Source of the DNA: Squalus acanthias
Taxonomy: Eukaryota
Length of the DNA stretch: 64,000 bases
Assembly (NCBI GenBank): GCA_030390025.1
Contig: CM059433.1
Coordinates: 21,640,001-21,704,000 of the forward strand
Direction of reading: 5' to 3'
Shown: positions 1 through 13,592 of the stretch, piece by piece
Numbering within the stretch: position 1 is the first letter of the stretch
Layout of the letters: each line of letters begins with the position of its first letter
Notes under the pieces: model-generated
The model's input: only the letters and a program-made list of their open reading frames with translations
Told to the model about the DNA's origin: nothing
Database searches by the model: none
Program-made: the position numbers and the translations under genes

Positions 1-598
1 CAGTTAATTCGTGCGAGCTGTGGGATCACGTGACTCAGTTAGAGCCAATGGCAGCACACCATCTTTCATTCATAGCTTTCACAAAAGTGCTGTGAAAGCT
101 ATGAATCTATACCCCCCCAAAAGAACAGCTAAACCTCAATTATTTTTTTTAAAAACCCATCACATTAATAAAATAAGTATAGTTAAATAAATTAACCATT
201 TTAAACAAAAAATTAAATTTTTGAAAAAATTTAAAATCTTTTAAAAAGTTATAAAAATAAACTTACCTTTCTTTAAAGTCTCTAAAAAAGATATACCTGT
301 TGAAAAAAATTCAAAATAATACTTAATTAACTACTTACCTTGTTAAAAGAGGGTCTTACGCCTCCTTTCTTTATGTGCAAAATCTTCCATACTTACCTGC
401 GCGTTCAAAGCACTAAGTACACTGCGTGCGCGCAGCCTGTAGTGCGCACGCGGTTCACCTAGGAACCGCCCCCTTTTGAAATCACCAAGTGCCGGTTTTC
501 AGCGCATGCGCAGTGCATGCAGAAAACCGGCAATTGGAGACAGAATACGCGAGAGTACACAGTGCGTACTCTCGCGTAGCAACACTAATTTTTGGGCC
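1..598. mobile_element. Hairpin-rich Harbinger-type MITE (family A), cut by the window start and inserted in a CR1
   Basis: Closely similar to 30965-31560. Ends ...aatttttgggcc, directly followed by CR1 endonuclease codons YDIIAITETWL. Confidence 0.75.
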
Positions 599-3376
599 TA
601 TGATATTATAGCTATTACAGAGACGTGGCTGAAAGAGGGGCAGGTATGACAGCTCAACATTCCTGGTTACAGGATGTTCAGACGGGATAGAAAGGGAGGT
701 AAAAAGGGAGTTGGGGGGGGCGGTCGTGGTATTGATTAAAGAAACAATTACAGCTGTGAGGAGGGATGATATGTTGGAGGGATCATCAAACGAGGCCATA
801 TGGGTCGAATTGAAAAACAAAAAAGCGGCGATCACACTGCTGGGAGTGTACTACAGACACCCAAACAGTCAGAGAGAGATAGAAGAACAAATATGTAGAC
901 AAATTTCAGAGAAGTGCAAAAACTATAGGGCAGTAATAGTAGGGGATTTCAACTACCCCAATATTAACTAGGATAAAATTAGTGTGAAGGGTATAGAAGG
1001 TGCGGAATTCCTAAAATGCATCCAGGAGAACTTTTTTAGCCAGTATGTAGCAAGCCCAACAAGGGAGGGGGCGGTTCTGGACTTAGTTTTAGGGAATGAA
1101 GCTGGGCAGGTAGAAGGCGTATCAGTGGGGGAGCATTTTGGTGCTAGTGACCATAATTCTGTTAGATTTAAGGTAGTTATGGAAAAGGACAAGGATAGAC
1201 CAGGAATAAAAATTCTAAATTGGGGAAAAGCAAATTTTGCTAAGCTCAGAGGGGATTTAGCCATAGTGGACTGGAAACAGCTACTTGACGGTAAATCAGT
1301 GTCAGAGCAGTGGGAGGCATTCAAGGAGGAGATCCGGAGGGTTCAGACCAAACATGTGCCCTTAAAGAGATAAGGTGGGACTAGCAAATCTAGAGCCCCC
1401 TAGATGTCTAGAGACATACAGGGTAGGATAAAGAGAAAAAGGGAGGCATATGACAGATACCGAGGGCTAAATACTCCAGAATCTTTAGAGGAGTACAGAA
1501 AGTGCAGGGGTGCAATTAAATATGATATTAGGAAAGCAAAGAGAGAGCATGAAAAGTTCTTGGCAAGTAAAATCAAGGAAAACCCAAAGATGTTTTATAA
1601 ATATATTAAGAGTAAGAGGATAACTGAAGAAAGGGTAGGGCCTATTAGAGATCATGAGGGTAATCTGTGTGTGGAGGCGGGAGATGTCGGTAGGGTTCTT
1701 AATGAATACTTTGTGTCTCTTTTCACAAAGGAGAGGGGCGAAGCAGACATTGCTATCAGGGAGGAGGAGTGTGAAATATTAGATGAAATAAACATAGTGA
1801 GAGAGGAAGTATTAAGGGGTTTAGCAGCTTTAAAAGTGGATAAATCCCCAGGCCTGGATGAAATGTATCCCAGGCTGTTAAGCAAAGCAAAAGAGGCCCT
1901 GACCATCATTTTTCAATCCTCTCTGGCTTCAGGTGAGGTGCCGGAGGACTGGAGGACTGCTAATGTGGTACCCTTGTTTAAAAAGGGAGAAAAGGATAGA
2001 CCGAGTAATTACAGGCCAGTCAGCCTAACCTCGGTGGTGGGAAAAGTATTGGAAAGAATTCTGAAGGACAGGATAAATCTTCATTTAGAAAGACACGGAT
2101 TAATCAAGGATAGTCAGCACGGATTTGTTAAGGGAAGGTCGTGGCTGACAAACTTGATTGAATTTTTTGAGGAGGTAACAAGGCGGGTAGATGAGGGTAG
2201 TGCGTTTGATGTAGTGTATATGGACTTTAGCAAGGTTCCACATGGCAGACTGGTCACGAAGTTAAAAGCCCATGGGATCCAGGGCAAAGTGTCAAGTTGG
2301 ATTCAAAACTGTCTCGGAGTCAGGAAGCAGAGGGTAATGGTTGATGGGTGTTTTTGTGACTGGAAGGCTGTTTCCAGTGGGGTTCCGCAGGGCTCAGTAC
2401 CAGGTCCCTTGCTTTTTGTGGGATATATTGACTTGAATATAGGGGGTATGATTAAGAAGTTTGCAGATGATACTAAAATCGGCTGTCTGGTTGATACTGA
2501 AGAAGGAAGCTGTAGACTGCAGGAAGATGTCAATAAATTGGTCAGGTGGGCAGAACAGTGACAAATGGAATTCAATCTGGAGATGTGTGATGTAATGTAT
2601 TTGAGGAGGGCTAACAAGGAAAGGGAATACACATTAAATGGTAGGACACTGAGTAGCGTAGAGGAACAAAGGGACCTTGGAGTGCATGTCCACAGATCCC
2701 TGAAGGTAGCAGGCCAAGTAGATAAGGTGGTTAAGAAGGCCACCTTTATTAGCCATGTCATAGAATACAAGAGCAGTGGGGTTATGCTTTAACTGTATAA
2801 AACACTAGTTAGGCCTCAGCTAGAGTACTGCATGCAGTTCTGGTCACCACATTACAGGAAAGATGTGATTGCACTAGAGAGGGTACAGAGGAGATTTACA
2901 AGGATGTTGCCGGGAGTGGAGAATCTTAGCTATGAGGAATGACTGGATAGGCTGGGTCTGTTTTCCTTGGAACAGAGGAGGCTGAGGGGAGACCTTATTG
3001 AGCTGTATAAAATTATGAGGGGCATAGATAAAGTGGGTAGAAAGGACCTATTTTCCTTAGCAGAGGGGTCAAAAACCAGAGGGCACAGATTTAAAGTAAT
3101 TGGGGGAAAGTTTAGAGGGGATTTGAGCGGAAATTTCTTCACCCAGAGGGTTGTGGGGGTCTGGAACTCACTGCCTGAAAGGGTGGTAGAGGCAGGAACC
3201 CTAACCACATTTAAAAAGTACTTGGATGTGCACTTGGGATGCTGTAACCTGCAGGGCTACAGACCAAGAGCTGGGAAGTGGGATTAGGCTGGATAGCTCT
3301 TTGTTGGCCGGCGTGGACACGATGGGCCGAAATGGGCTTCTTCCATGCTGTAACTTTCTATGATTCTATGATTCTA
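599..3376 (+). mobile_element. CR1 LINE, degraded ORF2 (APE endonuclease + RT) and 3' tail
   Basis: Motifs ETWL, GDFN, SDH, YRPVSLTS, QHGF, GVPQGS, FADD split by stops and frameshifts; tail (ATTCTATG)n at about 3356-3376. Confidence 0.95.
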
Positions 3377-4239
3377 CCTTTGCTTAGCTCTCCCCTCCAC
3401 CGTCTGAGTGGGCAAGCCCTCAGGGTGTTACTTTTATTCTCTTTTTAGGGGTGGGCCTAAGGCCAAATTATTGACAAGACCATTTAACCTATAGAGGTTC
3501 CTCTGAAACCTCATTACCCAATGGGGTATCAAGTTCTTTATCTCGATTATTGGATGAAAGCCCTCCCCTAAAGGTGTCTCATAATCTCATCCAATTTATC
3601 TTTCTTGTTTTTACATTTTGAAGTTTCCTCCATCGGAATTTGTCTTATCTCTCTTTGTCCCCATCCACCCTGTTACAATTGGTACTAGGCTTGGCCTTGT
3701 ACCCCTTCAATCAAGAGGCCCATGTCAGAGCTGTCTTGCTCATCCTGCCGTTATCCAAACTATTTCCCTTTAATCTAACAGACTGTTCCATCCTGAGATG
3801 GATACCTTAACTCCCCTAAATTCCTTTTATTATATGTCTTTCAACTAATTAACTTTTAATTATCTTCACAAGCAGTTCTGCTAAACAAACTCCAAATTTT
3901 ACCTGTAGAGTTTATAATATGGTTATTAGTAATAATGGAAGAAACATAGGTAGGGCCTTCATTGGCCAAATTACAGATACATTAACAAAGTCAAAACCCT
4001 AACTTACAAACAACGGATATAACAGGCAAGGCCATCCTGTGTGCCCCTGTGTGGAGTGTTTATACCTCACCTAATCTAACTAACTGAAGACATTTTGTCT
4101 CAAATTCTAATACGAACCTCCAGGAAAACAAAACTAATACATTAACCCCTTACTTGTCTCGAGCAGAAACATACAATCATTTAAACACAATATTATTCAT
4201 GAAGCCATATACATTTTTAGGCACCCCTAGTTTCTAACA
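3377..4239 (-). mobile_element. Possible LTR fragment, cut by the CR1 at its left side
   Basis: Minus strand starts TGTTAG at 4239, is non-coding, and has CCAAT boxes and an ATAAAA element near 3435. No second LTR, PBS or TSD visible. Confidence 0.3.
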
Positions 4240-4805
4240 TCTAGCAGCTAGAACAAGTCAACATTCACTATTTGAAACTCACTGTTATACTTCTTTTAGT
4301 TCTTGTGGATTTTAACACTGATTCTTCTTTTCCCAAATGGTTTCATTTTTGTTTTGTTAAACGTGAGCAGTGAAATGCTAGAATCCTGAAGCACTCTGCC
4401 ACTTGCCACTTCAAACAGTCTCAGGTATTCATTCTCAGCTAAAAATGGAGTACTAAAGTCTTACTGAAATCTGACTTGTTTGTTGATTATGAGCACGTGA
4501 GCCTGTAATTTGTCAGCAGATTGATTTTGTACAGATCAAAAAATTTAAAGGAAGAGAATGTAACCTTTATCTCGATCAAAATTAGCTTTATCTACAATGC
4601 GTAGTCACAGTTTGCCATTGTTCTGATGTTTCGACCTTGGACATTTGACTGAGAAATGGTTCAGTTCTCTGCATGCAATATATCTCCAACCCAAGCAGAA
4701 GAGGTTTCTTTCTTTCTGAAATAGCGGGCCGGAATTTCCTTGATCCGACTCATGCCAGAATTTTACTGAACTTAACGCCAGTTTCTATGCTGATCTAGCC
4801 AATGC

Positions 4806-4957
4806 TAAATTTCTTCACTCAAAGGGTTGTGAATCTTTGGAATTCTCTACCCCAGAGAGATGTGGATGCTCAGTCATTGAATATAATCAAGACAGAGATC
4901 GATAGATTTTTGGGTACTAAGGGAATCAAGGGATATGGGGATGGTGCAGGAAGGTGA
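4806..4957 (+). mobile_element. CR1 3' fragment
   Basis: Matches the NFFTQRVVNLWNSLP...GYG region of the other CR1 copies. Confidence 0.8.
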
Positions 4958-5281
4958 TACAGTGACATAGATCAGGATTAAGTCAACTTTCGAGTACTTA
5001 GTTGAAAATCACATGGACCTGTAGGAAGTTAGCTGGCTTCAAATGTTATTCAATTTTCTTCTTTAGTATTTCCTTTTAACCGACTCTAGTAGATTCAGAG
5101 TGAGTTACTTCCAACACTATGTGGCATTTGTTATTAAGTTCAATTAGTAACAATCTAGAAAAGCCTTCAGAGCTTCAAAATGCACTGTTCTTTAGTAGCC
5201 ATTTTAACTTTTCATCATCCAAATATCTCCAGGCCTGAAGGAACAGTCAGGAAACTTCTTGTAGTTGACTGTAGACACAAA

Positions 5282-6050
5282 GGCTGCGAAATTCAGTATG
5301 TTAGTGCCTCCCTTTAGCACCTGGCAGGGGCGCTAAGGGGTTAGCGCCCGGGTGCGGCGAATGCAGCGATGCCCGCGAACTTCAGTGCTGGTTTAGCACT
5401 GGCGCTAACTCTTAGCACCTGGGCCTCTAGAGCCTCGCAGATCGTGACGTCATAAAGTGCGCAGCGCCCCGTTATCGCCCCGGATGGAAAATTGACTCTC
5501 GCCCCCTGCTTTATCGCTTCACGCCAACAATGCCAGCAAGAGGAGGCGTTGTGAAATTGTCTGGCCGCTTTGGGAGCGGTAATTAAAGGGAATGTTTTTC
5601 AGCTCGCGCAACCTTTATTATTTGCACCAGTCTGGTGCCTGCGCAAAGTTTTTAATGTTTCATTAGTGCGAGATGTCCAAGCCCTCCACTTTGTGAGAGT
5701 GTTTGGGGCTGTAACGGCAGTCGCCCAGGTCGCCTTGCAAAACAGAATTGACGACAACTAGCTTGTGCGGCATCATTGGCCCTCCCCTTTAAGCGAGGGT
5801 AGCAGCCTCTGTGATGAAAGAGTGCCGTTTACAATGCGCTCGAAATTGTTTAGCGCTCTGCCGCTGCTGCCCCGCTCTCAGACTTTAGCGCCCTAAGAGA
5901 GGTGGTTAGCTCTTGATTTAGCGCTCCACGTCCCTCTTGGAGCGCTAAAACTGAATTTCGCGGGAGGCGAGAATGTTTAGCGCCTGGTGCTCATTTTTCA
6001 ACTTTTAAAGTTTTAGCGCCCCAAATGGGGCTATACCGAATTTCTCCCCC
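5282..6050. mobile_element. Harbinger-type MITE with subterminal TAGCGCC arrays
   Basis: Imperfect TIR GGCTGCGAAATTCAGTAT / ATACCGAATTTCTCCCCC; AAA on both sides (3-bp TSD). Confidence 0.7.
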
Positions 6051-6558
6051 AAAGTTACATCAATATTAATACAAAAACCTCTTTTCACACCACTCATCAA
6101 ATTGCAATCTAATATCAGTTATACTGCATTGTAATTGGATCCTCAACCAGTTGTCTGATATCTAAACAATTGACTGAGCAGCAATTGAATTTTAATATTT
6201 GGGTTAGGATTCATGGTCACAGCCCTTGCCTGCATATCCTGTGTTCAGCGTCTATTATTGAGCTTACTCGCTCTTTGGCAGGGATTCACTTAACTCGTTT
6301 TGTCTGAAAGGACCAAAATACTTTGGTTAATTTTACTGTCAGAATTGCAATTATGTAATGGATTGACAAAGATGATTTTGATAACCTCACTGACGTTAAA
6401 TCCTACTCGAGCAATTATTCAAGTCAGTGAAAAATTGTGTGTTAATATGATAGGCGGTTAGTTTGGCATTTAGTCAATTTAATGCGGTTGTTGTTTTTGG
6501 ACCGTATGAAGGGAAGGAGAAATTCTTCATGAACTGCACTGATATTGTCGAAAAAACT

Positions 6559-6739
6559 GGGGTAGATTTTCGACTTCATTGCCTGGGTGATAATTTAGCG
6601 AATCGCCCGCCCTTTACAGAACCTGCCCAAATTTCAGTCTATTGTAATCAATGGAACGAAAATGGGATGGATTCTATAAAGGGTAGGTGATCCGCTCTGC
6701 CAAATTACTGCCCAGGCAGTGAAGACAAAAATCTATCCC
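6559..6739. mobile_element. Short fold-back (palindromic) MITE
   Basis: GGGGTAGATTTT...AAAATCTATCCC; the arms pair imperfectly over most of the length. Similar elements at about 11640-11847, 43243-43390 and 61077-61232. Confidence 0.65.
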
Positions 6740-8681
6740 GTTTGGTATGTTGCCATTGTCTCTTGTGTTTCTATTGCCTGAATAAAAAGTGGATTTTGCT
6801 TTTACAACAACAGCCCTGCTTCAGCTCTTTGGGAAACCATATTTTGGTGGCAATAGTGGTTGCATTTTGTAATAGGATTAACTTGTTTGTCAGACTCTTT
6901 TGTCTACTTTCTGAAGAGGTTAAGTTACTAAGCAGACTGGTTAATCAGCGTTAATGAGAATTACACCAAACACACTGCAGAGGATGCAGTTAGGATGAAA
7001 GAAAAAGATGCAGGCAAACCTTTCTACTCCCCATTTTCCAGATGTCTCTGAGAGTAAAACTGCTTCGAAACCTGTGCTTGTAAGGAAAAAGCAGTGACTT
7101 AATTATCAGATCATTTCCCTGGGGCACACTGAGAACAGGGAAAGACTTGTCAACTGCTTTATTCCAAATGCTTTAACTGACTGGACCATGAGCTCATTTG
7201 GGTGTCTATTACAGAGGTTCCCAAACTGGTGGGCACAGAAAGATTATCAGGGTGCTTGAGGAGGACGGGCTGAATTACTGTTCACTTAGTGGATAGAATC
7301 ATAGAAATTTAAGGCTTCGAATTTGCTTTGTTCATTTAATTTTAGTCAACGTCTGATACTCAAAGAGATCAGCGCCAGTTAAGTCATTGCAAAACCATTC
7401 ACAGCTATAAAAAAAGTCATTGTGATGTCAAAAACCACAAAAGAATACACTGTTAGAATTTAACATATTGTAGTTTTATTCAATGGATTCAAGTGGACTT
7501 GGTTAAGAAGCAGTGCATGAACTTTCAGCCCATGTCATAACCTTCTGAGTTAACTTCCTTCTTTCCACTGCACCTAACACGCACATCCCTTCTTAATTTT
7601 TCTCCCCGTTCTGCCCTTTTCCCCATTTTTCACATTACGACAAAATCTGTCCCCATCCTCATTTCTCTGTGAACCATTAGCCTCCCCCCTGCTCATTTTT
7701 GTGCTCATCAAGTTGAGGGATGTCAATACAGGGGATTGGGGTACTTTCTATTTCAGGCATCCAGAGTCAGCATCAGGAACTACCAGGCTGGGTATAATAC
7801 CTCCGGATGCAGAACAAAGCTGCCTTTGAACAAATGCTCGCAATTAAGACCACACTACAATCGTATCCTGGTGCATTCCTTTAATATTTATTCAATGGCA
7901 TGAAACACTGTTGAAAACAACACAGAAATCAACCTCTTGAGAGGCACTGCATTAGCACTTATCCACCACATGTACAATAACAGAACTGTAAACATAGAGT
8001 GAACCCCTTTTTGTGGCAAGTTACTAGTCCTGTTTGATACATGTCTGAATCCAAGGAATGCCATATCAACTTGATTCAAATCTTTGAAAATAAAAAACAA
8101 CCAGAATTCATGTGGATGCATGATCACAATGGTGACCAATATCAATGTTTTTCCCCACAGTACTTTATCACTCGAACATGCATATAGGTTTGTTATCCCC
8201 CTCTCTCTCTCTCTCAGACAAACAAAAGGTCACTGAGCATGTCACACACACAGACTGTTCTGTTGCTTTCTTCCAGTAACAATGCACAGAGCGAGTAAGG
8301 CCATTTGCCCCATGGAACATGTCGTCATAAATGAGTTGCACAGGAAGGGCACTCCACCGGGAATATCCTTTACAACCATGCACACATCTGGAGAACACCT
8401 CTGGGCAGGTCACAACCACGGATGCTTGTTGTGTGTCTTATCACATACCCCAATACAAGTGGAGGGGGGATTGGTCTGTGTATATCACAAGTACAAGTAT
8501 GGCACACAAGTTGAAGATCCCCTTTTGGATTTAACTGCACAATTTTAGATCGGAGGCTGAATAGAAGCAAACAGATGTCACTATGATTGTGGATGGATCT
8601 CTTAGGTACGACATGCCTACCTGCATCCAAGCTGTCATATCTCAGCTATTTCTGCATGAAACGAAAGTAGTAGAATTACAT

Positions 8682-9740
8682 GGCCAGGAATTTCCTCGGA
8701 GGTGCTCCTGCTTCACTGCTATGTGTGCGGCAGAAAGCCCGGGGGCAATTTTAACCTAAAAAAAACGGGTGGGTTGGGGGCATGAGGGTAGTTAAAGTGT
8801 TAAAAATTGGAATCCCAACCTGAACCTGCCTCCAGCCCGCCTGCTTCTGGTTTTAACGGAGGAGGGACGGGGCGGGCAGCCAATCCACTGCCAGGAGGCG
8901 GGCCATCTATTTAAATATTATAATGAGGCTGGAACCTCTGCTTTAACCACCATTTTCTCTTTAACTTTAGCTGGTCGGGTTTTGCATGCCTTGTGAAACC
9001 CGCCAGCTAATGCAAGGTGAGGACTGCTGGATCCAGCCTTTACAACTACCTCCTGGATCCAGAGTCCCTACCTAACCCACATTGCCCCGCCACTGCGATC
9101 GGAGACCCCCCTCCCAGGCCACCAATTGCCCCCACCCATGCCTCCCGCTCCCCCTCCCCCACCACCCCCCCCACCGCTCCTCCGGCCCTCCCCGTGCTGG
9201 TTCCTGGTCCCTGATCTTCTTCTGACGCCCTCCCCCTCGCTGCTGCTGCCTGCCCCTGATCTGTATCAGAACCCCCCCCACCTCCGCCACCCCACCGCCC
9301 CCGATCCTCATCAGAACCCGCCCTGCCACCCCGCAGCCCCCGATTGTTATCGGACCCTCCCCCCCCCCCACCCCAGCCACGGCCCCCGATTGTCATCGGA
9401 CCCCCCATGCTGCTGCTGCTGCCGCCCCCTGGCTCCCACACGATCCCTTCCTCCCTCTTCTGTGCCTAGTGCCGCAGGCCTACCTGCCCGGAGCCAGCCA
9501 GCCTCTCAATCTGGCTGGCTGCAGGTGGGAAACAGAGGCTTCCCATTCTAATCAGGCCCGGCCTTTGAAGTTGGCAGGGCCTGCAAGAAACCCGGCCTCA
9601 GGGAGCCCCCACCACTGCCCCCAACCCACCTTCCCCGTTAAAATTCAGACCCTTGTCTGAGCTTGTAAATGGGATTTACACCGCACTTTCAGCATTGTGA
9701 CAACGACTGAACGGGAGCAGCTCCGAGGAAATTCCTGGCC
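8682..9740. mobile_element. Short MITE with perfect 20-bp TIR, split by a nested element
   Basis: GGCCAGGAATTTCCTCGGAG at 8682 and its exact reverse complement at 9721-9740. Confidence 0.75.
8741..9652. mobile_element. Harbinger-type MITE (family B, C-rich core) nested in the previous element
   Basis: Ends GGGGGCAATTTTAAC / GTTAAAATTCAGACCC; similar to 61682-62405 in the opposite orientation. Confidence 0.7.
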
Positions 9741-10348
9741 ATTACTTTTCCTGTCTTTGGACACATTTATAGTAACAATCAATGTTCTGTTGTGATTTTA
9801 TGCTGCAACGAGAAGCTGGGCCGATAATTAGAACACAAATTACAGTGCTTTAACAAATTGAAGTATCCATCACAGCAGAAAATACCTATGGGATGGTCTT
9901 ATCAACTAACAAATGATTCTTAACAAGCGTCACTGCTTTTAATTGTTTTTATAACCTTAAGGAAAGTAGCCCAAGCCTGACTGAATTTTACATTTGTAAA
10001 TCTAACACTCTTTTTGTTCTGAGATGTACAGATTAGTGTGCAGATGTTTAGGTTTTAAAATATCTAAAGCTCGCCAGTCTCTGTCGAAAATTTCCTTTAA
10101 GAAAATTCAAATACAACCTTTGGGTGAGGCATGAGATTAAGAATGGTTTGGTGTACTAACTTACCAAAATAAAAAAAAACATTTTTTTAAATATGCAAAT
10201 TCCAAAGTAATGGATGTTCTCTATTTCCAATACATCTGTAATATACTTCTCAACTTCGCCTAGAAGGCCTGTGCTTATCTTTTAACTGCTGAAAGCTACT
10301 TAGCTCTGAAGGAGTAAAGATAGCCTCTGTGGATAGAAGAAATACAAA

Positions 10349-10912
10349 GGGGTAGAAATTGGACCTCCTTGCATTCATTTTACAGCCATAAAATGGGTCC
10401 AACAAGGGCTAATTTCTGGAACCAACTTTCTGCACCCCAAGGATGCCTTATTGGGTCGAACTAGTTTGCAGGCAGCCCTGACAGGAGCCTAAACCAGGCG
10501 TTAGGCCCCTTACATATGTAAATATGTGGACAAGAGCCTGTTTTAGGCCCCTGGCAGAGATTGAATTGTGAAGAGCGGAACAGGCTCGCCGCCGGGCCTG
10601 CTCTGCTCATGATTCTTCAGTGGCCGACAACAAAGTTAAGTGGTGCCAGGGGAAGCGGGAGTACACTCCTGTCTCCACAGTACTTGCGATCGGCCCCATA
10701 GCTGCCGGCAAAGCAAGCGGCTTGACGTTTATCTATTTAAAATGGGCGCGCTGTCTGTGGAGGCACAACAGGGGCCAGCAGTTCGCCCAAATAATGGAAA
10801 TGAGGCCCGAGGTCGAATTTCGGACTGGCACTGGGCTTCCCGATTCGGGCACGCGTTCACGGCATTTCGCTGGTTAGGTGTTCAAAAATGTGCCATAACC
10901 AATTTTTACCCC
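10349..10912. mobile_element. Harbinger-type MITE
   Basis: TIR GGGGTAGAAATTGG / CCAATTTTTACCCC; TSD AAA. Confidence 0.75.
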
Positions 10913-12129
10913 AAAGAGTACTTCTCCTGATGAAAAACTGTGCTTGAGTTACTGCACTTCTGAACTGGAGTGCACTTCAACCGTATTTCTTTTAGTCAGT
11001 GGCAACTTGTAACACGTGCCTAAAGCCTTATTTGACTATTAATCCTTAGATTGCTGGCAGTCGAGGGAAATAAATCTCCCTGGGATTCATAAGTTTCAAC
11101 TCATGCACTGTGATGCTGGGATGAACACTAACAGTACAGTTGCCAAAAAGAAACAACCCTTTACTCACCTGTTTCTACTGAACAAAGCTGGATCATTCAT
11201 TTTCGAGAAGGGAGCAACTTCAGAAAGCTTGGTTGAAAGTCTAAGCACTGAGGCTTGACTTGGTGGTATCACAGATGTCACCCTGTCAACTCTAAAATTA
11301 AGAACTGCATCAACAACCCACAGATCAGGAGAATGCATAAGTGGACTCGGCAGCAGCATGCTAAGAGTTAATGAAACAAACAGAGCGTTTTGGACTTAAA
11401 TTGTCTTTAATACTCACCATCAAAATGGTTTGGGCCTCTCACACAGCCCATTGGGCGGACAGCCCGATTGCCCTGCCTATCACTGCCGATTCAGCACCCG
11501 AAGTTAAAATCTACCCGACTGTGTATTGCTTTTGACAATTCATAGCAACGTACTCACTGCTCTGTGAATATCGATAGCCTTGCTGAACGGAAAGTTTCCC
11601 GACAGGCCACTCTGATGTATCTCACGACCACTTTTGCAATGATATTTAACCATGGCGGGGGGGGCGGGGGGCGGGGGGGGCGCTTCCAACATCGTCGGGG
11701 GTGGAAAACCGATGGTGTTGTCTCGGATCCCATTATATACCTCGCCTGATTTTGCTTTCTATTGAAAATCTGGCCGGGTGTCTAACAGGCAGCCGATCTG
11801 AAAGTGCCAGTTTTTCATCCTCCAGCTGAAGTTGAAAGTTAGCCCCCATGTGTCTTATATTGCAGCGGTACAGAGTTCAAGACTTCACTGAGTGTTGTAC
11901 AGAAATAACATGCCTTGGGTCAGCAGGTATGATATGTTTTCCACGGGTATTGTGCTCCTTGACACACTGAATGATTCTAAGCAGTGTGCTTATCAATGTG
12001 TTCAGTATTTCAATTATCTGTGAATTAAGTGGCAAGTAATTCATTTTGAACATGAACGATGTTGTGCCACTTGTAAAGTGTGAAGAATGAAATACTGCTA
12101 TGAACGTGATTTAGCTAGTAATGATGTAG

Positions 12130-13053
12130 GATGTACAAGCTGGGTGGGAATGTAAGTTGTGAGGAGGATGCAAGGAGGCTTCAAGGGGATATAGACAGCC
12201 TAAGTGAGTGGGCAAGAACATGGCGAATGGAATATAATGTGGAGAAATGTGAAGTTATCCACTTTGGTAGGAAAAATAGAAAAGCAGAGTATTTTTTACA
12301 TGGTGAGAGATTGGGAAATGTTGGTGTTCAGAGGGACCTGGGTGTCCTTGGACACGAATCACTGAAAGTTAACATGCAGGTACAGCAAGCAATTAGGAAA
12401 GCAGATGGTATGTTGGCCTTTATTACAAGAGGATTTGAGTATAAGAGTAAAGACGTCTTACTGCAGTTATATAGGGCCCTGGTGAGACCACACCTGGAGT
12501 ATTGTGTACAGTTTTGGTCTCCTTACCTATGGAAGGATATACTTGCCATAGAGGGAGTGCAACGAAGGTTCACCAGACTGGTTCCTGGGATGGGGGGATT
12601 GTCCTATGAGGAGAGATTGAGTAAATTAGGCCTATATTCTCTAGAGTTTAGAAGAATGAGAGGTGATCTAATTGAAATATAAAAAATTCTTACAGGACTT
12701 GACCAGGTAGATGCAGGGAGGATGTTTCCCCTGGCTGGGGAGTCTAGAACCAGTGGTCACAGTCTCAGAATAAGGGGTCGGCCATTTAGGACTGAGATGA
12801 GGAGAAATTTCTTCACTCAGAGGGTGGTGAATCTTTGGAATTCTCTACCCCAGAGGGCTGTGGAGGCTCAGTCGTTGAGTATATTCAAGACAGAGATCGA
12901 TAGATTTTTGTATATTAAGGGAATCAAGGGATATGGGGATAGTGCAGGAAAGTGGAGATAAGGTAGAAGATCAGCCATAATCTTATTGAATGGCGGAGCA
13001 AGCTCGAAGGGCCAAATGGCCTACTCCTGCTCCTATTTCTTAAGTTCTTATGT
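12130..13053 (+). mobile_element. 5'-truncated CR1 LINE
   Basis: ORF2 C-terminal part (RPHLEYCVQFWSP, NFFTQRVVNLWNSLP); tail (TTCTTATG)n. Confidence 0.93.
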
Positions 13054-13133
13054 AGTGGATTACTGCTAGTGATGACGCAGTACATAGAGCTTGAAATGAC
13101 GCATAAGGTACCCCATAATAGACTGATGAACAA

Positions 13134-13421
13134 GGTCAGATAGTCACCAAGAAATCCAATAGGGAATTCAGAAGAAACTTGTTTACCCAGTGAGTGGTGA
13201 GAATGTGGAACTCGCTACCACAGAGAGTGGTTGAAGCGAATAGTATAGATGCATTTAAGGGGAGGCTAGACAAGCATATGATGGAAAAGGGAATAGAGGG
13301 TTATGCTGATAGATTTAGATGATGAAATATGGGAGGAGACTCGAGTGGAGCATAAACACCGGCATGGACTGGTTGGGCCGAATGACCTGTTGCTATACCG
13401 TATATCCTATGTAATCCTATG
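13134..13421 (+). mobile_element. 3' fragment of a different CR1 family
   Basis: RRNLFTQ*VVRMWNSLPQRVVEA; tail ATCCTATGTAATCCTATG. Confidence 0.75.
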
Positions 13422-13592
13422 CATTATTACTAATAATCATGTCAAACATAGATGAGTACTGCAAGAATTGGACACAGGGTTTTATTGTTGGAAGTGGGAC
13501 TGAATCTATTGTGTTGAGTTTCTTCTGTAGTTGTTCCATGTCTTTGTACTGTACAATATAAAGTATTTTAAAGTACAATTTCTTGTTCACAG

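Noticed and set aside
9017..9660. Pro-rich and Gly-rich ORFs on both strands
   Set aside because: They arise from the C-rich low-complexity core of a MITE; no domain or splice support.
8679..9743. A 3-bp TSD for the outer MITE
   Set aside because: Flanks are CAT and ATT, which do not match, so it was left out of the target-site comparison.
1..13592. An additional upstream CSMD exon (expected CUB C-half)
   Set aside because: No matching peptide with splice sites found by eye; probably upstream of the window.
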